From Acinetobacter phage YMC13/03/R2096: a DNA stretch of 64,000 bases. The notes below the pieces were generated by a model. It ran no database searches. It saw only the letters and a list, made by a program, of their open reading frames with translations, and was not told where the DNA came from. The position numbers and the translations under genes are program-made. Positions 54,811 through 64,000 of the stretch are shown here, piece by piece. The number at the start of each line of letters is the position of its first letter. The stretch's first letter is position 1. The stretch lies in the sequence record KM672662.1; one strand, written 5' to 3'.

Positions 54811-56847
54811 GTGCAATATGAAGGATTCAAAATAAAAGGTGGAACTTACCAAAATTTTGATGTGAGTGATTTAGATTTTAGCCATGAACACAAAACAACC
54901 TGCCCTAAATGTGAATCTAAAGGTAAGGACCGTTCTGGAAATAACTTTCATATTTACTCTCCAGATGAATTAGGTAGACCTAGTGGTGGTAAGTGTTGGG
55001 CTGCTGGTTGTGGATTCCGTATCTTAAGCGCTGAAATTATCGGTGAGCTAGAGGCTACAGGAAATGGTCATGGTAAATATGAGTTAACAGAAGAGGAAAA
55101 AGCTGAATTAAAGACACAACAGCTTTTAAGGAAATCTCAAAGGAATAAGGAGAAGGCATTGGAAAAGGCATTATCTAGGGAAGATTTTTTGTCGATTTGG
55201 CAAAGCACTGGATCTGACCCTAAAGGTTGGAGAGGTTTGACAAAAGAAACCTGTGATGATTTAAAAATCCGATTCCGATATAATGAGGATGATGGTAAGC
55301 CAAACTCAATGTTGGTCCCAACCTTTATGCCTATGGAGGATGGCGCTAAGGCTGTACCAGTGGGTTATAAGATTCGAGTATTCCCTAAAGACTTCTCTCA
55401 TTCAGTTGGTGCTTTTGGTAAAGCTACTGATTTGATTGGTATGGCAAAATTCCACAGCCATAACAAAACTTTAGTGATTACTGCTGGTGAAGTTGACTGG
55501 GCTTCAGCTTATCAGATGTACAAGGCTAAGAAACCTGAACGTTATATTCCAGCTATTGTAACCTCACCACTGGGTGAAGAGGGAACCTTACAGCACTTCT
55601 TGGAGAACCCTAGAAACTACGAGTTCTTCATGCAATTTGATAAGGTTATCTTGTGCTTAGACTCTGATGATGCTGGATTAAAGGCTATGGAATCATTTGC
55701 CGAGAAGATGCCTAGAGAGAAACTTTGGAAGGTTCAACTACGCTACAAAGATGTAAATGAGTATCTTGTACAAGGTAAATACCAAGAATTTGTCGATGAT
55801 GTTGAGTTTAAGGCCAAACCATGTCATGATTCCTTGATCATTGGTTCTGGTGGTTGGCAAGTTGCCATTAAGCGTGAAATTAGTGTGGAGAAGTTGCAAT
55901 TACCTCCAATGTTGTGTAGACTAGAGAAATCTATAAAAGGTGGTTTCCCAATGGGTCGTATTGTAACCATTGGTGCAGCAAGTTCTGCTGGTAAAACCAC
56001 CTTAGTAAACTCAATGATTTATTACTGGTTGGGTTTAAGAACACATAAAATCGGTATTGTATCTTTGGAGTTAACCTTTGGTCAATACTGTATGGATATG
56101 CTGTCACGACATGTTGGTAGAAAAATTGATGCATTTGAGACAGTTAAGGAACAACAAGATTTCTTAAATCGTCCAGATGTGATCGATGCTGCAAATGATT
56201 TCTTCTACAATGAAGATGGAAGTGATAGATTCTGGGTGGTTGATAACCGAGATTCAAACATTGCAGAGATTCAACGCCTGTGTGAACAGATGGTTATCCA
56301 ACATGGAATTAATGTTCTTATCTTAGACCCAGTTTCAGACTTAACACAAAAACTTGATAAGGAAAAACAAGTTGAGTTTGCTTCTTGGCAAAAGAGCTTT
56401 GTTAAGAAACATAATGTCTTGATGATTCAAATTTCACACGTTCGTAAAACAGGAAATGGTCAAAAGAGTTATGCTGAAGGTGCTGTCCCTACAGAAGATG
56501 ACTTGATCGGTTCATATGCTGTTGGTTCATCTAGTGCGTGTACCATTATGCTTGCACGTAATAAGATGAGTGATAACCCACGTGTACGTAATACTACAGG
56601 TGTTTATGTTCCGAAGTGTCGTTGGAGTCCAGTTACAGGTCACTTAGATGATATTTACTACGATCTAGAGACACACCGATTGCACAATCTAGAGCAATGG
56701 GATTTAGGTATTGTCGATACTGGACAGAAGCTCTTGTTAGATGAAGACTTAGATACAAAAGGTGATGATCAAGATCATGTTTGTGCTGATGAACAGGAAT
56801 CTGTATATGCATCATCAAGTGACGTAACTCAATTGTTTAGTGAGTAG
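54811..56847 (+). CDS. bifunctional DNA primase-helicase (T7 gp4-like)
   Basis: Zn-ribbon CPKCES...CWAAGC, a TOPRIM segment LCLDSDDAG, and a DnaB-like helicase with Walker A GAASSAGKTT. GTG start lies after AAAGGAGG. Confidence 0.85.
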   Translation: MQYEGFKIKGGTYQNFDVSDLDFSHEHKTTCPKCESKGKDRSGNNFHIYSPDELGRPSGGKCWAAGCGFRILSAEIIGELEATGNGHGKYELTEEEKAELKTQQLLRKSQRNKEKALEKALSREDFLSIWQSTGSDPKGWRGLTKETCDDLKIRFRYNEDDGKPNSMLVPTFMPMEDGAKAVPVGYKIRVFPKDFSHSVGAFGKATDLIGMAKFHSHNKTLVITAGEVDWASAYQMYKAKKPERYIPAIVTSPLGEEGTLQHFLENPRNYEFFMQFDKVILCLDSDDAGLKAMESFAEKMPREKLWKVQLRYKDVNEYLVQGKYQEFVDDVEFKAKPCHDSLIIGSGGWQVAIKREISVEKLQLPPMLCRLEKSIKGGFPMGRIVTIGAASSAGKTTLVNSMIYYWLGLRTHKIGIVSLELTFGQYCMDMLSRHVGRKIDAFETVKEQQDFLNRPDVIDAANDFFYNEDGSDRFWVVDNRDSNIAEIQRLCEQMVIQHGINVLILDPVSDLTQKLDKEKQVEFASWQKSFVKKHNVLMIQISHVRKTGNGQKSYAEGAVPTEDDLIGSYAVGSSSACTIMLARNKMSDNPRVRNTTGVYVPKCRWSPVTGHLDDIYYDLETHRLHNLEQWDLGIVDTGQKLLLDEDLDTKGDDQDHVCADEQESVYASSSDVTQLFSE

Positions 56848-56887
56848 TTAAATGCATATTTATTAAAGGATTAATTAGGAGGTAATT

Positions 56888-59392
56888 TTGACAGACCAAA
56901 AGAAATATCACGTTTTTGCAGCCGACTTGGAAAGTACAGGTTTGCTTCATCATCTTGAAGAGCAGGGTGAGAATGCCCGATTACACAACTTTGGTCTGTT
57001 ATCTACCAAAAGTGATTCTTATGCCATTCTACATCCAATGGAACAAGGTGACCGTGAGAAACTTCAAAAGGTTTTAGATCGTGAAGATACTGTTTTGGTT
57101 ATCCATAATGGTATCTGCTATGATATAGAAGCTTTAAAACATTTTAAATTTGATACTTCAAAAGTTAAAGTAATTGATACTTTATATCTTGCTTGGTACT
57201 TAGATTTCTTTAAGGAAGGTCGTTATGGCTTAGAGGCTTATGGTGAGTTGTTAGGCTTTCCTAAGCCACCTATTGAAGACTGGGAGAATCTAACTCAAGA
57301 GGATTATGACCACCGTGTTTATGGGGATATTAAAATCCAGAAAGCACTTTGGTTAAAGCTTTGTAAGCAGTTTGCAGAACTGTACAACATTCCAAATGAT
57401 GAGTACATGGAGTCCCGTGTCATTGATCATTATGCAATGAAGTACATTATGTGGAAGGGTGAACAGATGCGTATTCAACAAGAGAATATGTGGAAGTTCG
57501 ACTATGAAAAAGCTGCACCAATGCTTAAGAAGATTGAGTTTCAAATCAATGAAAAGATTGAAGCTCTCACAAGTGTAATGCCGAAGGTTCCAGTCTATGC
57601 AACAAGAAAGCGTCCAGCTAAACCTTTCAAGCAAAATGGGGAGTTGAGTGCTACTGGTTTAAAATGGAAGGAACTCACAGAGGAAATGAACCTGCCTTTT
57701 GAACATGCTGATGAAATCCGAATGATTACTAAGTATAATCCACCAAACCCAGCTTCACCAGCACAGGTTAAGGATTGGCTGTTTGATTTAGGGTGGGTGC
57801 CACAAACCTACGAGTTTAAGAAAGATGATAGTGGTGAAAGGAAAATCCCTCAGATTTATGTAAAAGGATCTGGTGGTGAGGTTTGCCCATCTGTACAAGA
57901 GCTTGCAGAGCGATACCCAGAGGTTGGTCACTTGGTTGGCCTTGGTGTGTTAAAGCACCGAAAAGGAATGGTAGCTAACTGGCTCAACAACCATAGAAAT
58001 GGATACCTAACAGCCCGTGCTGCTGGGTTCACTAACACCTTACGCTTGAAGCATGCAGAGTTGGTAAATATCCCTTCAGGTCGTGTTTTCTTGGGTTCGC
58101 AAGTACGTGCACTATTAACGGTGCGTGATGATGCTAACATTTTGTTAGGTTCAGACTTGAGTTCTTTAGAAAACCGATTGAAGTTCCACTTCCAGATGCC
58201 TCTTGACCCTGACTATGTTAAGGCCCAGATGTCTAAAGACTTCGATCCTCACTTATCCCTAGCTCTTCTTGCTGGACTACTCACAGAGGATGAAGTCAAC
58301 TTCTACAAGATAGAAGAAAAAGGCTTTGACATGCCTGATGAAGTGTACACTGATGATCTCAAGGAGATGCTTGCTAAGAGTGATGATTGGAAGCATACTG
58401 AATTAGCTCGTATTGAGAAGATACGTGGTATGGGTAAAGCTGGTAACTATGCTTGTTTGCCAATGGATACTCAAGTTGCAATTATTGATACAAATAATTT
58501 TGGTTATGTGAAGTACGTCACATTTGATGATTTAAAAGATACGGACCGAATTGTTCAGTATTGGTCTGATTCTGGAGAATATACAGCAAGTCCTTATAAG
58601 TACAAACACTTCTATAAGGATGCAGAGGTTGTGACTGTAAAAATTAAACCTGATGGGATTGTGACATTTAAATGCACTATGAACCACCGTTGGTTGGTGA
58701 GGTTTGATAATGGTCGTGAAGGTTTTGCTGAACTTTCAGATATCATTTCAAATAACTACGAAATGAATTATGCTGGCGTGTGGGTAAAGGGTTCCGACTT
58801 AGAAATTATAGAAGTTACAAAAGAGGACGTTTTTTGTTTAACTACTGAAAGTTCATCATTCTTGATTAAACAGGGTAGGTATTATTCGATTACTGGTAAC
58901 TGTCAGTATGGCGCTGGAGCTAAAACTGTGGCACGTACAGCGAAGGTATCTTTAGATGTTGGTCAACAGATTGTTGAAGGTTATCGAATGATGAATTGGT
59001 CCATTGATGTTATTGCTTCTAATACATCAATTAAAAAGACATCCTTTGGTGATTTCCAGTTAAACCCAATCAATAAGATGTACTATCCTCTCAAGACAGC
59101 TAAGGATAGATTCTCAACATTAATTCAAGGTAGTGGTGCCTATGTACTTGATCTTTGGTTGATGTTTATTTTTAAACGCTTGAAGTTAGCTCATCAAGTT
59201 GGTATTATGAAGGATGTTAAACTTCTAGGACAATTTCATGATGAAATAATCTTAGAATTCAATGAGTTACAGAAAGCAGAAGTTGAAAAGTTGGTTAATG
59301 ACGCTATGGGTGATGTTAATAACGCTTTAAAACTTCATGTAGATTTAGCATGTGATATCAAGTTTGGTAAAAACTATTCAGATATTCACTAA
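56888..59392 (+). CDS. family A DNA polymerase with 3'-5' exonuclease domain, containing a mini-intein
   Basis: Exo I FAADLESTG. Motif A is DLSSLENR. Motif B R..GKAGNYA/CQYGAGAKT is split by the intein. Motif C is GQFHDEIILE. TTG start lies after AGGAGG. Confidence 0.85.
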   Translation: MTDQKKYHVFAADLESTGLLHHLEEQGENARLHNFGLLSTKSDSYAILHPMEQGDREKLQKVLDREDTVLVIHNGICYDIEALKHFKFDTSKVKVIDTLYLAWYLDFFKEGRYGLEAYGELLGFPKPPIEDWENLTQEDYDHRVYGDIKIQKALWLKLCKQFAELYNIPNDEYMESRVIDHYAMKYIMWKGEQMRIQQENMWKFDYEKAAPMLKKIEFQINEKIEALTSVMPKVPVYATRKRPAKPFKQNGELSATGLKWKELTEEMNLPFEHADEIRMITKYNPPNPASPAQVKDWLFDLGWVPQTYEFKKDDSGERKIPQIYVKGSGGEVCPSVQELAERYPEVGHLVGLGVLKHRKGMVANWLNNHRNGYLTARAAGFTNTLRLKHAELVNIPSGRVFLGSQVRALLTVRDDANILLGSDLSSLENRLKFHFQMPLDPDYVKAQMSKDFDPHLSLALLAGLLTEDEVNFYKIEEKGFDMPDEVYTDDLKEMLAKSDDWKHTELARIEKIRGMGKAGNYACLPMDTQVAIIDTNNFGYVKYVTFDDLKDTDRIVQYWSDSGEYTASPYKYKHFYKDAEVVTVKIKPDGIVTFKCTMNHRWLVRFDNGREGFAELSDIISNNYEMNYAGVWVKGSDLEIIEVTKEDVFCLTTESSSFLIKQGRYYSITGNCQYGAGAKTVARTAKVSLDVGQQIVEGYRMMNWSIDVIASNTSIKKTSFGDFQLNPINKMYYPLKTAKDRFSTLIQGSGAYVLDLWLMFIFKRLKLAHQVGIMKDVKLLGQFHDEIILEFNELQKAEVEKLVNDAMGDVNNALKLHVDLACDIKFGKNYSDIH
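58454..58900 (+). other. mini-intein (149 aa, no endonuclease domain) in DNA polymerase motif B
   Basis: Begins CLPMDTQVAIID (block A). Has TMNHRWLV (block B, TxxH). Ends ..GRYYSITGN, followed by Cys +1. The joined exteins give KAGNYACQYGAGAKT. Confidence 0.7.
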
Positions 59393-59397
59393 AGTTG

Positions 59398-59426
59398 TTG
59401 ACATGGTGTTATTGTTGTTATACATT
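59398..59426 (+). promoter_or_regulatory. promoter with AAAGTTGTTGACATGGTGTT motif and downstream ATTAGCACCATAA box
   Basis: Shares both extended blocks with the promoter at 61258. Confidence 0.5.
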
Positions 59427-59463
59427 AGCACCATAACTTAGTTAAAGCTTAAAAGGAGCTTAT

Positions 59464-60723
59464 ATGTATAACGTAAGTGGTAATACTTATCGTCCGTGTA
59501 ACACCAGTGTTCAGCAAGAAAAATTAGAGATTGCAACTTATAAGATTGGATTGGATGATTTTGGTTACAAGCTTATACGTGTTGAAAACATGAAGTTACC
59601 TGAAAAGGTTTATGGAAGTAACACGGAGATTAGTGAAAAGATTATTCGTCTTTTTGAAGATAATGTTGGTGAGACAAGTGGTGTAATGCTTAGTGGTTTC
59701 AAAGGAACTGGTAAGACATTGACAGCAATTGAGTCATGTCAACTTGCGATTTCTAAAGGTTATCCAGTGTTGTTGCTTCAAGATAAACAATATGGCCCAA
59801 ATTTCAACTCGTTTTTAGAAAGTATTAAACAGCCTTGTGTTGTATTTATCGATGAATTTGAAAAGCTTTTTGATGACAATGAATCTATGAAGTCAACTAT
59901 TATGTTGCTTGATGGTGCAATTAAGTCTCATAAACTTTTCTTGTTGACTTCAAATACTGCTCTTGGAAACCGTAGTAACTTAGAGTTTTTGCACAACCGA
60001 CCAAGCCGTGTATTTTATTGCTTTGAATATGGTGGTCTTGAAGATGAAGTTGTGGTTGAATACTGTGAGGATAAGCTGGAAGAAAAATCCTACTTGTCTG
60101 AAATCTTAGCATTCAAGCGCTGCTTCAAAACCTTCTCTATTGATATCTTGAAGGCAATTGTTTCAGAGTTGAATCGATACAAAGGTCAACCTTTTTATTT
60201 GGTTATGCAACACCTGAATGTAACACCTGACCGTACAGTTAAAGATTATGACTTTAATGTTGAATTAAATGTATTTGGACAGAAGTTTGACGCACGTAAA
60301 GTTGTTCAACGTGATTATTCATATCGATTAGGTTCTTACCAGTTGAATGAAATTTTGAATGATGGTGATAGTACAGTAATTAGATTTACAATCCCTACTG
60401 ATGGCATTGATGGGAAGGCTTTGGAAGATGCTTTACGATCTTGTGGTCATTTATTTGATGAAAATGAAACACCAATCTCTAAAGAAGAGCAAGAAGAATT
60501 AACTCGACAAGGTGTTGAGTGGATGAAATCACGAGAGCTTCGTATGAAGGTGACAGATTATGATCTCACTATTAATTTGCGATTGGATTCTCATTCAGAG
60601 GTTTCTAATGTAACACAAGATGAAAAAACTCGTGCAATTACATTCCAGCTTGCTGATGGTGTGACACTGACATATACACCAATTTTAGTCGGTATGAAAT
60701 CGGTTCAGAAGTTCTACATCTAA
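59464..60723 (+). CDS. P-loop ATPase (AAA-like), replication-associated
   Basis: Walker A GFKGTGKT. Walker B VVFIDEFEK. Confidence 0.55.
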   Translation: MYNVSGNTYRPCNTSVQQEKLEIATYKIGLDDFGYKLIRVENMKLPEKVYGSNTEISEKIIRLFEDNVGETSGVMLSGFKGTGKTLTAIESCQLAISKGYPVLLLQDKQYGPNFNSFLESIKQPCVVFIDEFEKLFDDNESMKSTIMLLDGAIKSHKLFLLTSNTALGNRSNLEFLHNRPSRVFYCFEYGGLEDEVVVEYCEDKLEEKSYLSEILAFKRCFKTFSIDILKAIVSELNRYKGQPFYLVMQHLNVTPDRTVKDYDFNVELNVFGQKFDARKVVQRDYSYRLGSYQLNEILNDGDSTVIRFTIPTDGIDGKALEDALRSCGHLFDENETPISKEEQEELTRQGVEWMKSRELRMKVTDYDLTINLRLDSHSEVSNVTQDEKTRAITFQLADGVTLTYTPILVGMKSVQKFYI

Positions 60724-60765
60724 TTTTTAAAGAGACCTTTATGGGTCTCACTTTTTGGAGGTTGT

Positions 60766-61002
60766 ATGAGAGATTTTTTAGGTGATACTTTAGAGGTTGG
60801 TGATAATGTTGTTTTTCTCAAAACACCTATTGTTGGTGAACACACTTTCTGCATAGGAAAAGTTGCAAAGATTTCTAAAAAGAAAGTCTTTGTTGAATTT
60901 AAAAGAGATTGGGGTGATAAAGAAGTTTTTTGGGATTGTTGGCGATACCCTGAACAACTTATCAAAACAAATGTGGAGTTTATTGAAGATGAAAAGCATT
61001 AA
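60766..61002 (+). CDS. small protein, tandem paralog A
   Basis: 78 aa. Pattern LEVGDNVVF...GKVAKISKKKVFVE. Confidence 0.45.
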   Translation: MRDFLGDTLEVGDNVVFLKTPIVGEHTFCIGKVAKISKKKVFVEFKRDWGDKEVFWDCWRYPEQLIKTNVEFIEDEKH

Positions 61003-61228
61003 TGGTTATGAACTGAAGGTTGGTCAATTGGTTATCTGTGCAGAACAGAAGACAGCAGATTTCTTTCATGGTAAAATTACACAGATCAACGAAAAGACTG
61101 TTATTGTGGAAACACATAGGGAAAACTACAAGTACCACAAATACTCTAAACCAGTGACTGGCTATGTAACTCACCCAAGACGACCTGAACAAGTATTTGT
61201 TTTAGGAAGCCCTAAAGAATTGAATTAA
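60987..61228 (+). CDS. small protein, tandem paralog B
   Basis: ATG overlaps the upstream stop (ATTAATGG). Pattern LKVGQLVIC...GKITQINEKTVIVE. Confidence 0.45.
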
Positions 61229-61257
61229 AAATTCTTTAAAATATTTTATAAAAGTAG

Positions 61258-61290
61258 TTGACATGGTGTTTTAATTATGATTTAATTAGC
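61258..61290 (+). promoter_or_regulatory. promoter with AAAGTAGTTGACATGGTGTT motif and ATTAGCACCATAA box
   Basis: Same two blocks as at 59398. Confidence 0.5.
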
Positions 61291-61484
61291 ACCATAAATT
61301 AATAATCAATATATTACCTACCTTAGATGTGCAACACATCATATTTTTAGGAAGCCTCTAGGCAAGCCAGAAAGAAAAATGGAGAAGACAAGTTTTATTT
61401 AAGTCAGGACGACTATAATTAAGCGACTTTACGTCTTTTTCGCAAAACATATCTTAAAAGTATTTACTAAAAGGAGTTTACTAA

Positions 61485-62144
61485 ATGGCTAATACAAGTC
61501 TAGTTGATGGTGTTGTTTTATTTAATTCTTTAAAAAACCCAAAGTTTAAATTCGAAAGTCAAACTCGCCGAGAGTTTACAATTGATTTAGTTGTGAGTAA
61601 GAAAGATGCTATTGCTTGGAATAAACGTTTCAAGAAACAGCAAGCTGAAATTATTGACAACCAAGACTTTGTGGCAAAGTTTGAGATGGAAGTACCGTTC
61701 CCTGAACAAGATGAACAGTACAAAATCAAAGTAAAACGCCCAGCAGACTATGAAGAAAAAGATCCAACAACCCTTCAGAAAACTGGTCGAATCTTACCAA
61801 TTCCAGATAAGTATCGCCCTCGTGTTCTACAGTTGGTTGACCCAGAAACACGTAAATGTGTTGATATCACCTTCAAGGATTTTGGTGTAGGTCGTGGATC
61901 TAAAGTAACCGTTCAGTATGAAGAACGTGATAATGGTTCTTTTGGGACTACAGCACGTTTATCTAACGTTCGTGTTAACGAGTTGGTGAAGTTTGAGACA
62001 GGAAACTCATTTGATCAACTTGGTGAGGTGGAAGAGGTTATGGAAAACCCTTACGCACAAAAAGCAACTCCAGCGCCAGCAGCTAATGAAGGCGGTGCCA
62101 CTGGTGGTGACCCAAGCCAATCAGAAGTTGAAGATCTCTTTTAA
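61485..62144 (+). CDS. single-stranded DNA-binding protein candidate (T7 gp2.5-like)
   Basis: 219 aa with an OB-fold-like body and an acidic C-terminal tail (..SEVEDLF) typical of phage SSBs. Confidence 0.45.
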   Translation: MANTSLVDGVVLFNSLKNPKFKFESQTRREFTIDLVVSKKDAIAWNKRFKKQQAEIIDNQDFVAKFEMEVPFPEQDEQYKIKVKRPADYEEKDPTTLQKTGRILPIPDKYRPRVLQLVDPETRKCVDITFKDFGVGRGSKVTVQYEERDNGSFGTTARLSNVRVNELVKFETGNSFDQLGEVEEVMENPYAQKATPAPAANEGGATGGDPSQSEVEDLF

Positions 62145-62158
62145 TTGGTGAGGTAGAT

Positions 62159-62704
62159 ATGAGTGCAAGAAATCCGAAAAGGAAAGTTTATAAAACAAAC
62201 CCAAAAATAACAATTTCTGTAGAGAAGGACCTTCGTTGGAGAGATGTTAAGGATATGGTTTTTGATTCGATAGAACAGGGAGTTCCTTCGGATTTTGAAT
62301 CTAAAAAACTTGCACAACTATCTATCAAGTTACTAGCTGAGAAACAAGGATGTTCTCAGTTAAACTTGAGTTTTTATCCAGTTGTTCGTAGTACCCTTGA
62401 ACATTTAACCCCTGATGAACTTAGAAAGATAGCCATTCAGTGTATTGTGAAATGTACTGAGACAGAAGAAACCAGTGAGAACATTGTACCTATTGCTAAT
62501 AAGGTTGGTGTTATTTATGGTCGATTCTTTGATTATCGCTATAAGGGCAAACCTTATGTGGTATCTAAGCAAGCTGATCTTTTAGAAGAAGAAGTGGGTG
62601 TTGCTAATTTACCTAAAGATGGTGATCTGGAAGAAAACCAACTGGAGGAAGATGAGCAGTATGACATCATGGGGGCATTAGGACATATCCCTATAGATTT
62701 GTAG
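62159..62704 (+). CDS. hypothetical acidic protein
   Basis: 181 aa. Confidence 0.45.
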   Translation: MSARNPKRKVYKTNPKITISVEKDLRWRDVKDMVFDSIEQGVPSDFESKKLAQLSIKLLAEKQGCSQLNLSFYPVVRSTLEHLTPDELRKIAIQCIVKCTETEETSENIVPIANKVGVIYGRFFDYRYKGKPYVVSKQADLLEEEVGVANLPKDGDLEENQLEEDEQYDIMGALGHIPIDL

Positions 62705-62744
62705 TTCATAGGTTTTTACAAGGAATTTGCATAAGGAGTTGTGC

Positions 62745-63980
62745 ATGAGTAAGTATGATGGAATTGGTGAGAAGTTGCCAATTGTCACGGACTTAGGTGT
62801 TATTGAATATGAATTACCAGTTTATAGCTCTAAGGATGTTGTTGCAGTTTTTGACTTAGACTTTATTGTGTACTCTTCTGCATGTATGGCTGATCACACA
62901 TCAATTAAGGTGACATCGAAAAAGAAAGGTGTTGTCAAGTACTTCAAAAGTAGGACTGAATTTAATGAATTGCTGAGAGGGTTTAATGAAAAAAACCCTG
63001 ATGGTAAACTCACTAAAGCGGATTTTATTATTGAAGATATTGTTGTTCCCCAGCCTGTATCACATGCCTTAAGAAGTATTAAAGCACGAATTCAAGGTAT
63101 TATGGAAGTACTTGGTGCAAATAAAGCTGAGTATTATGTTGGTGGTGAGAATAATTTCAGGATGAGATTGCCATTGCCAGTACCATACAAAGGTAACCGA
63201 AAGGAAATGCGGAAGCCTACTCATTTAGCAGAAAGTAAAAAGTATGCTATTGAGGTTATTGGTGCCAAGAGTGTCTATGGTAGGGAAGCTGACGATGTGG
63301 TAACACAACGGGCCGTTCAGATTAGAAAGCAAGGAGCTAAAGCTATTCTGATTGGCGAGGATAAAGATGCTTATGGCACATTTAATATCTACACTTATAA
63401 CCCTAAAAAGGATTTTGAGCCTTTCTTCATAGGTGAATCCCCTTCTGTTTGGAGCACAAGTTTCATTGGTCACATAGACACAATTGAAAAGGTATCCATA
63501 GATAAGAATACAGGGAAAGAAAAAGTCACTTATGATTATAAAGGTTGTGGCCTAGCATGGAAATGCTATCAGATTGCCACAGGGGATGATGCAGATGGTT
63601 ACCACTTTTTAGATATTGCCAAGAGATTGTATTGTGATAAACATGGAGTCAGTCTGATGGCAGCAGCTAAGAAGATTCAACTCGATAGGGTAGGTTTAGT
63701 GGAAAAACTAAACAATGCCAAGGAAGAAAAAGAGTTGTGGGAAATTCTCTTAGAGCATTCAAAAAAATATTATGGGGAAGAACCTTTCGAATATACAGAC
63801 CACAATGGTATTAAACACACAACAGATTATATAGGTGTTCTTAACTTATACTATCACTGTGTGCATATGCGGTTGTCAGTCGCTGATGACAATACCTTCT
63901 ACACCATCTTGAGAAAACATGGATTGTATGATGGTGCGTTTAATCCAGAAGTTGAGTATTGTTATTTGTTCGAAAAGTAA
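62745..63980 (+). CDS. 5'-3' exonuclease / flap endonuclease (T5 D15-like, FEN family)
   Basis: VFDLDFIVYSS (N-terminal acidic pocket), YGREADDVV and LIGEDKDAYG (EADD and GDKD motifs). ATG at 62745 lies after AAGGAG. The track ORF starts at 62727. Confidence 0.65.
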   Translation: MSKYDGIGEKLPIVTDLGVIEYELPVYSSKDVVAVFDLDFIVYSSACMADHTSIKVTSKKKGVVKYFKSRTEFNELLRGFNEKNPDGKLTKADFIIEDIVVPQPVSHALRSIKARIQGIMEVLGANKAEYYVGGENNFRMRLPLPVPYKGNRKEMRKPTHLAESKKYAIEVIGAKSVYGREADDVVTQRAVQIRKQGAKAILIGEDKDAYGTFNIYTYNPKKDFEPFFIGESPSVWSTSFIGHIDTIEKVSIDKNTGKEKVTYDYKGCGLAWKCYQIATGDDADGYHFLDIAKRLYCDKHGVSLMAAAKKIQLDRVGLVEKLNNAKEEKELWEILLEHSKKYYGEEPFEYTDHNGIKHTTDYIGVLNLYYHCVHMRLSVADDNTFYTILRKHGLYDGAFNPEVEYCYLFEK

Positions 63981-64000
63981 TCTTTCAGTAATTATTCAGT

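Noticed and set aside
1-64000. CRISPR arrays or integrase/attachment sites
   Set aside because: There are no spaced direct-repeat arrays and no tyrosine or serine recombinase signatures. The segment looks like part of a virulent phage genome.

Overview
This window reads as a low-GC (about 38%) tailed dsDNA phage genome segment with T5-like and Felix-O1-like features.

Layout:
- 1..10607 (- strand): a dense early arm of small genes. It opens with a calcineurin-like Ser/Thr phosphatase.
- About 10680..11070: a divergent control region carrying operator-like inverted repeats.
- 11077..15847 (+ strand): a block with a beta-helix tailspike/depolymerase and a SleB-like hydrolase.
- About 16050..19860: a tRNA cluster of roughly 20 elements.
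- 19879..20193: thioredoxin.
- 20409..20903: a free-standing HNH endonuclease.
- 20913..46031: a complete morphogenesis and lysis module. In order: large terminase, portal, protease-scaffold, capsid, tail proteins, chaperone with a -1 frameshift, tape measure, gp25/J-like baseplate proteins, a collagen-like fibre, and a GH24 endolysin with an N-terminal PG-binding domain.
- 46107..51016 (- strand): an nrdA/nrdB operon.
- 52177..63980 (+ strand): a replication module. It contains a T7 gp4-like primase-helicase, a family A DNA polymerase, an ATPase, an SSB-like protein and a FEN-like 5'-3' exonuclease.

The outstanding feature is the density of self-splicing and selfish elements:
- Three sequence-related group I introns. 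Two ORF-less copies split the large-terminase gene into three exons. A third copy, carrying an HNH homing endonuclease, splits nrdB.
- A LAGLIDADG intein at the catalytic Cys of NrdA.
- A 149-aa mini-intein inside motif B of the DNA polymerase.

The tRNA cluster also holds several non-canonical tRNA-like elements and two roughly 700-bp ORF-free stretches that look like structured RNA.

All calls were made by eye from the sequence and the ORF track. No database searches were run.
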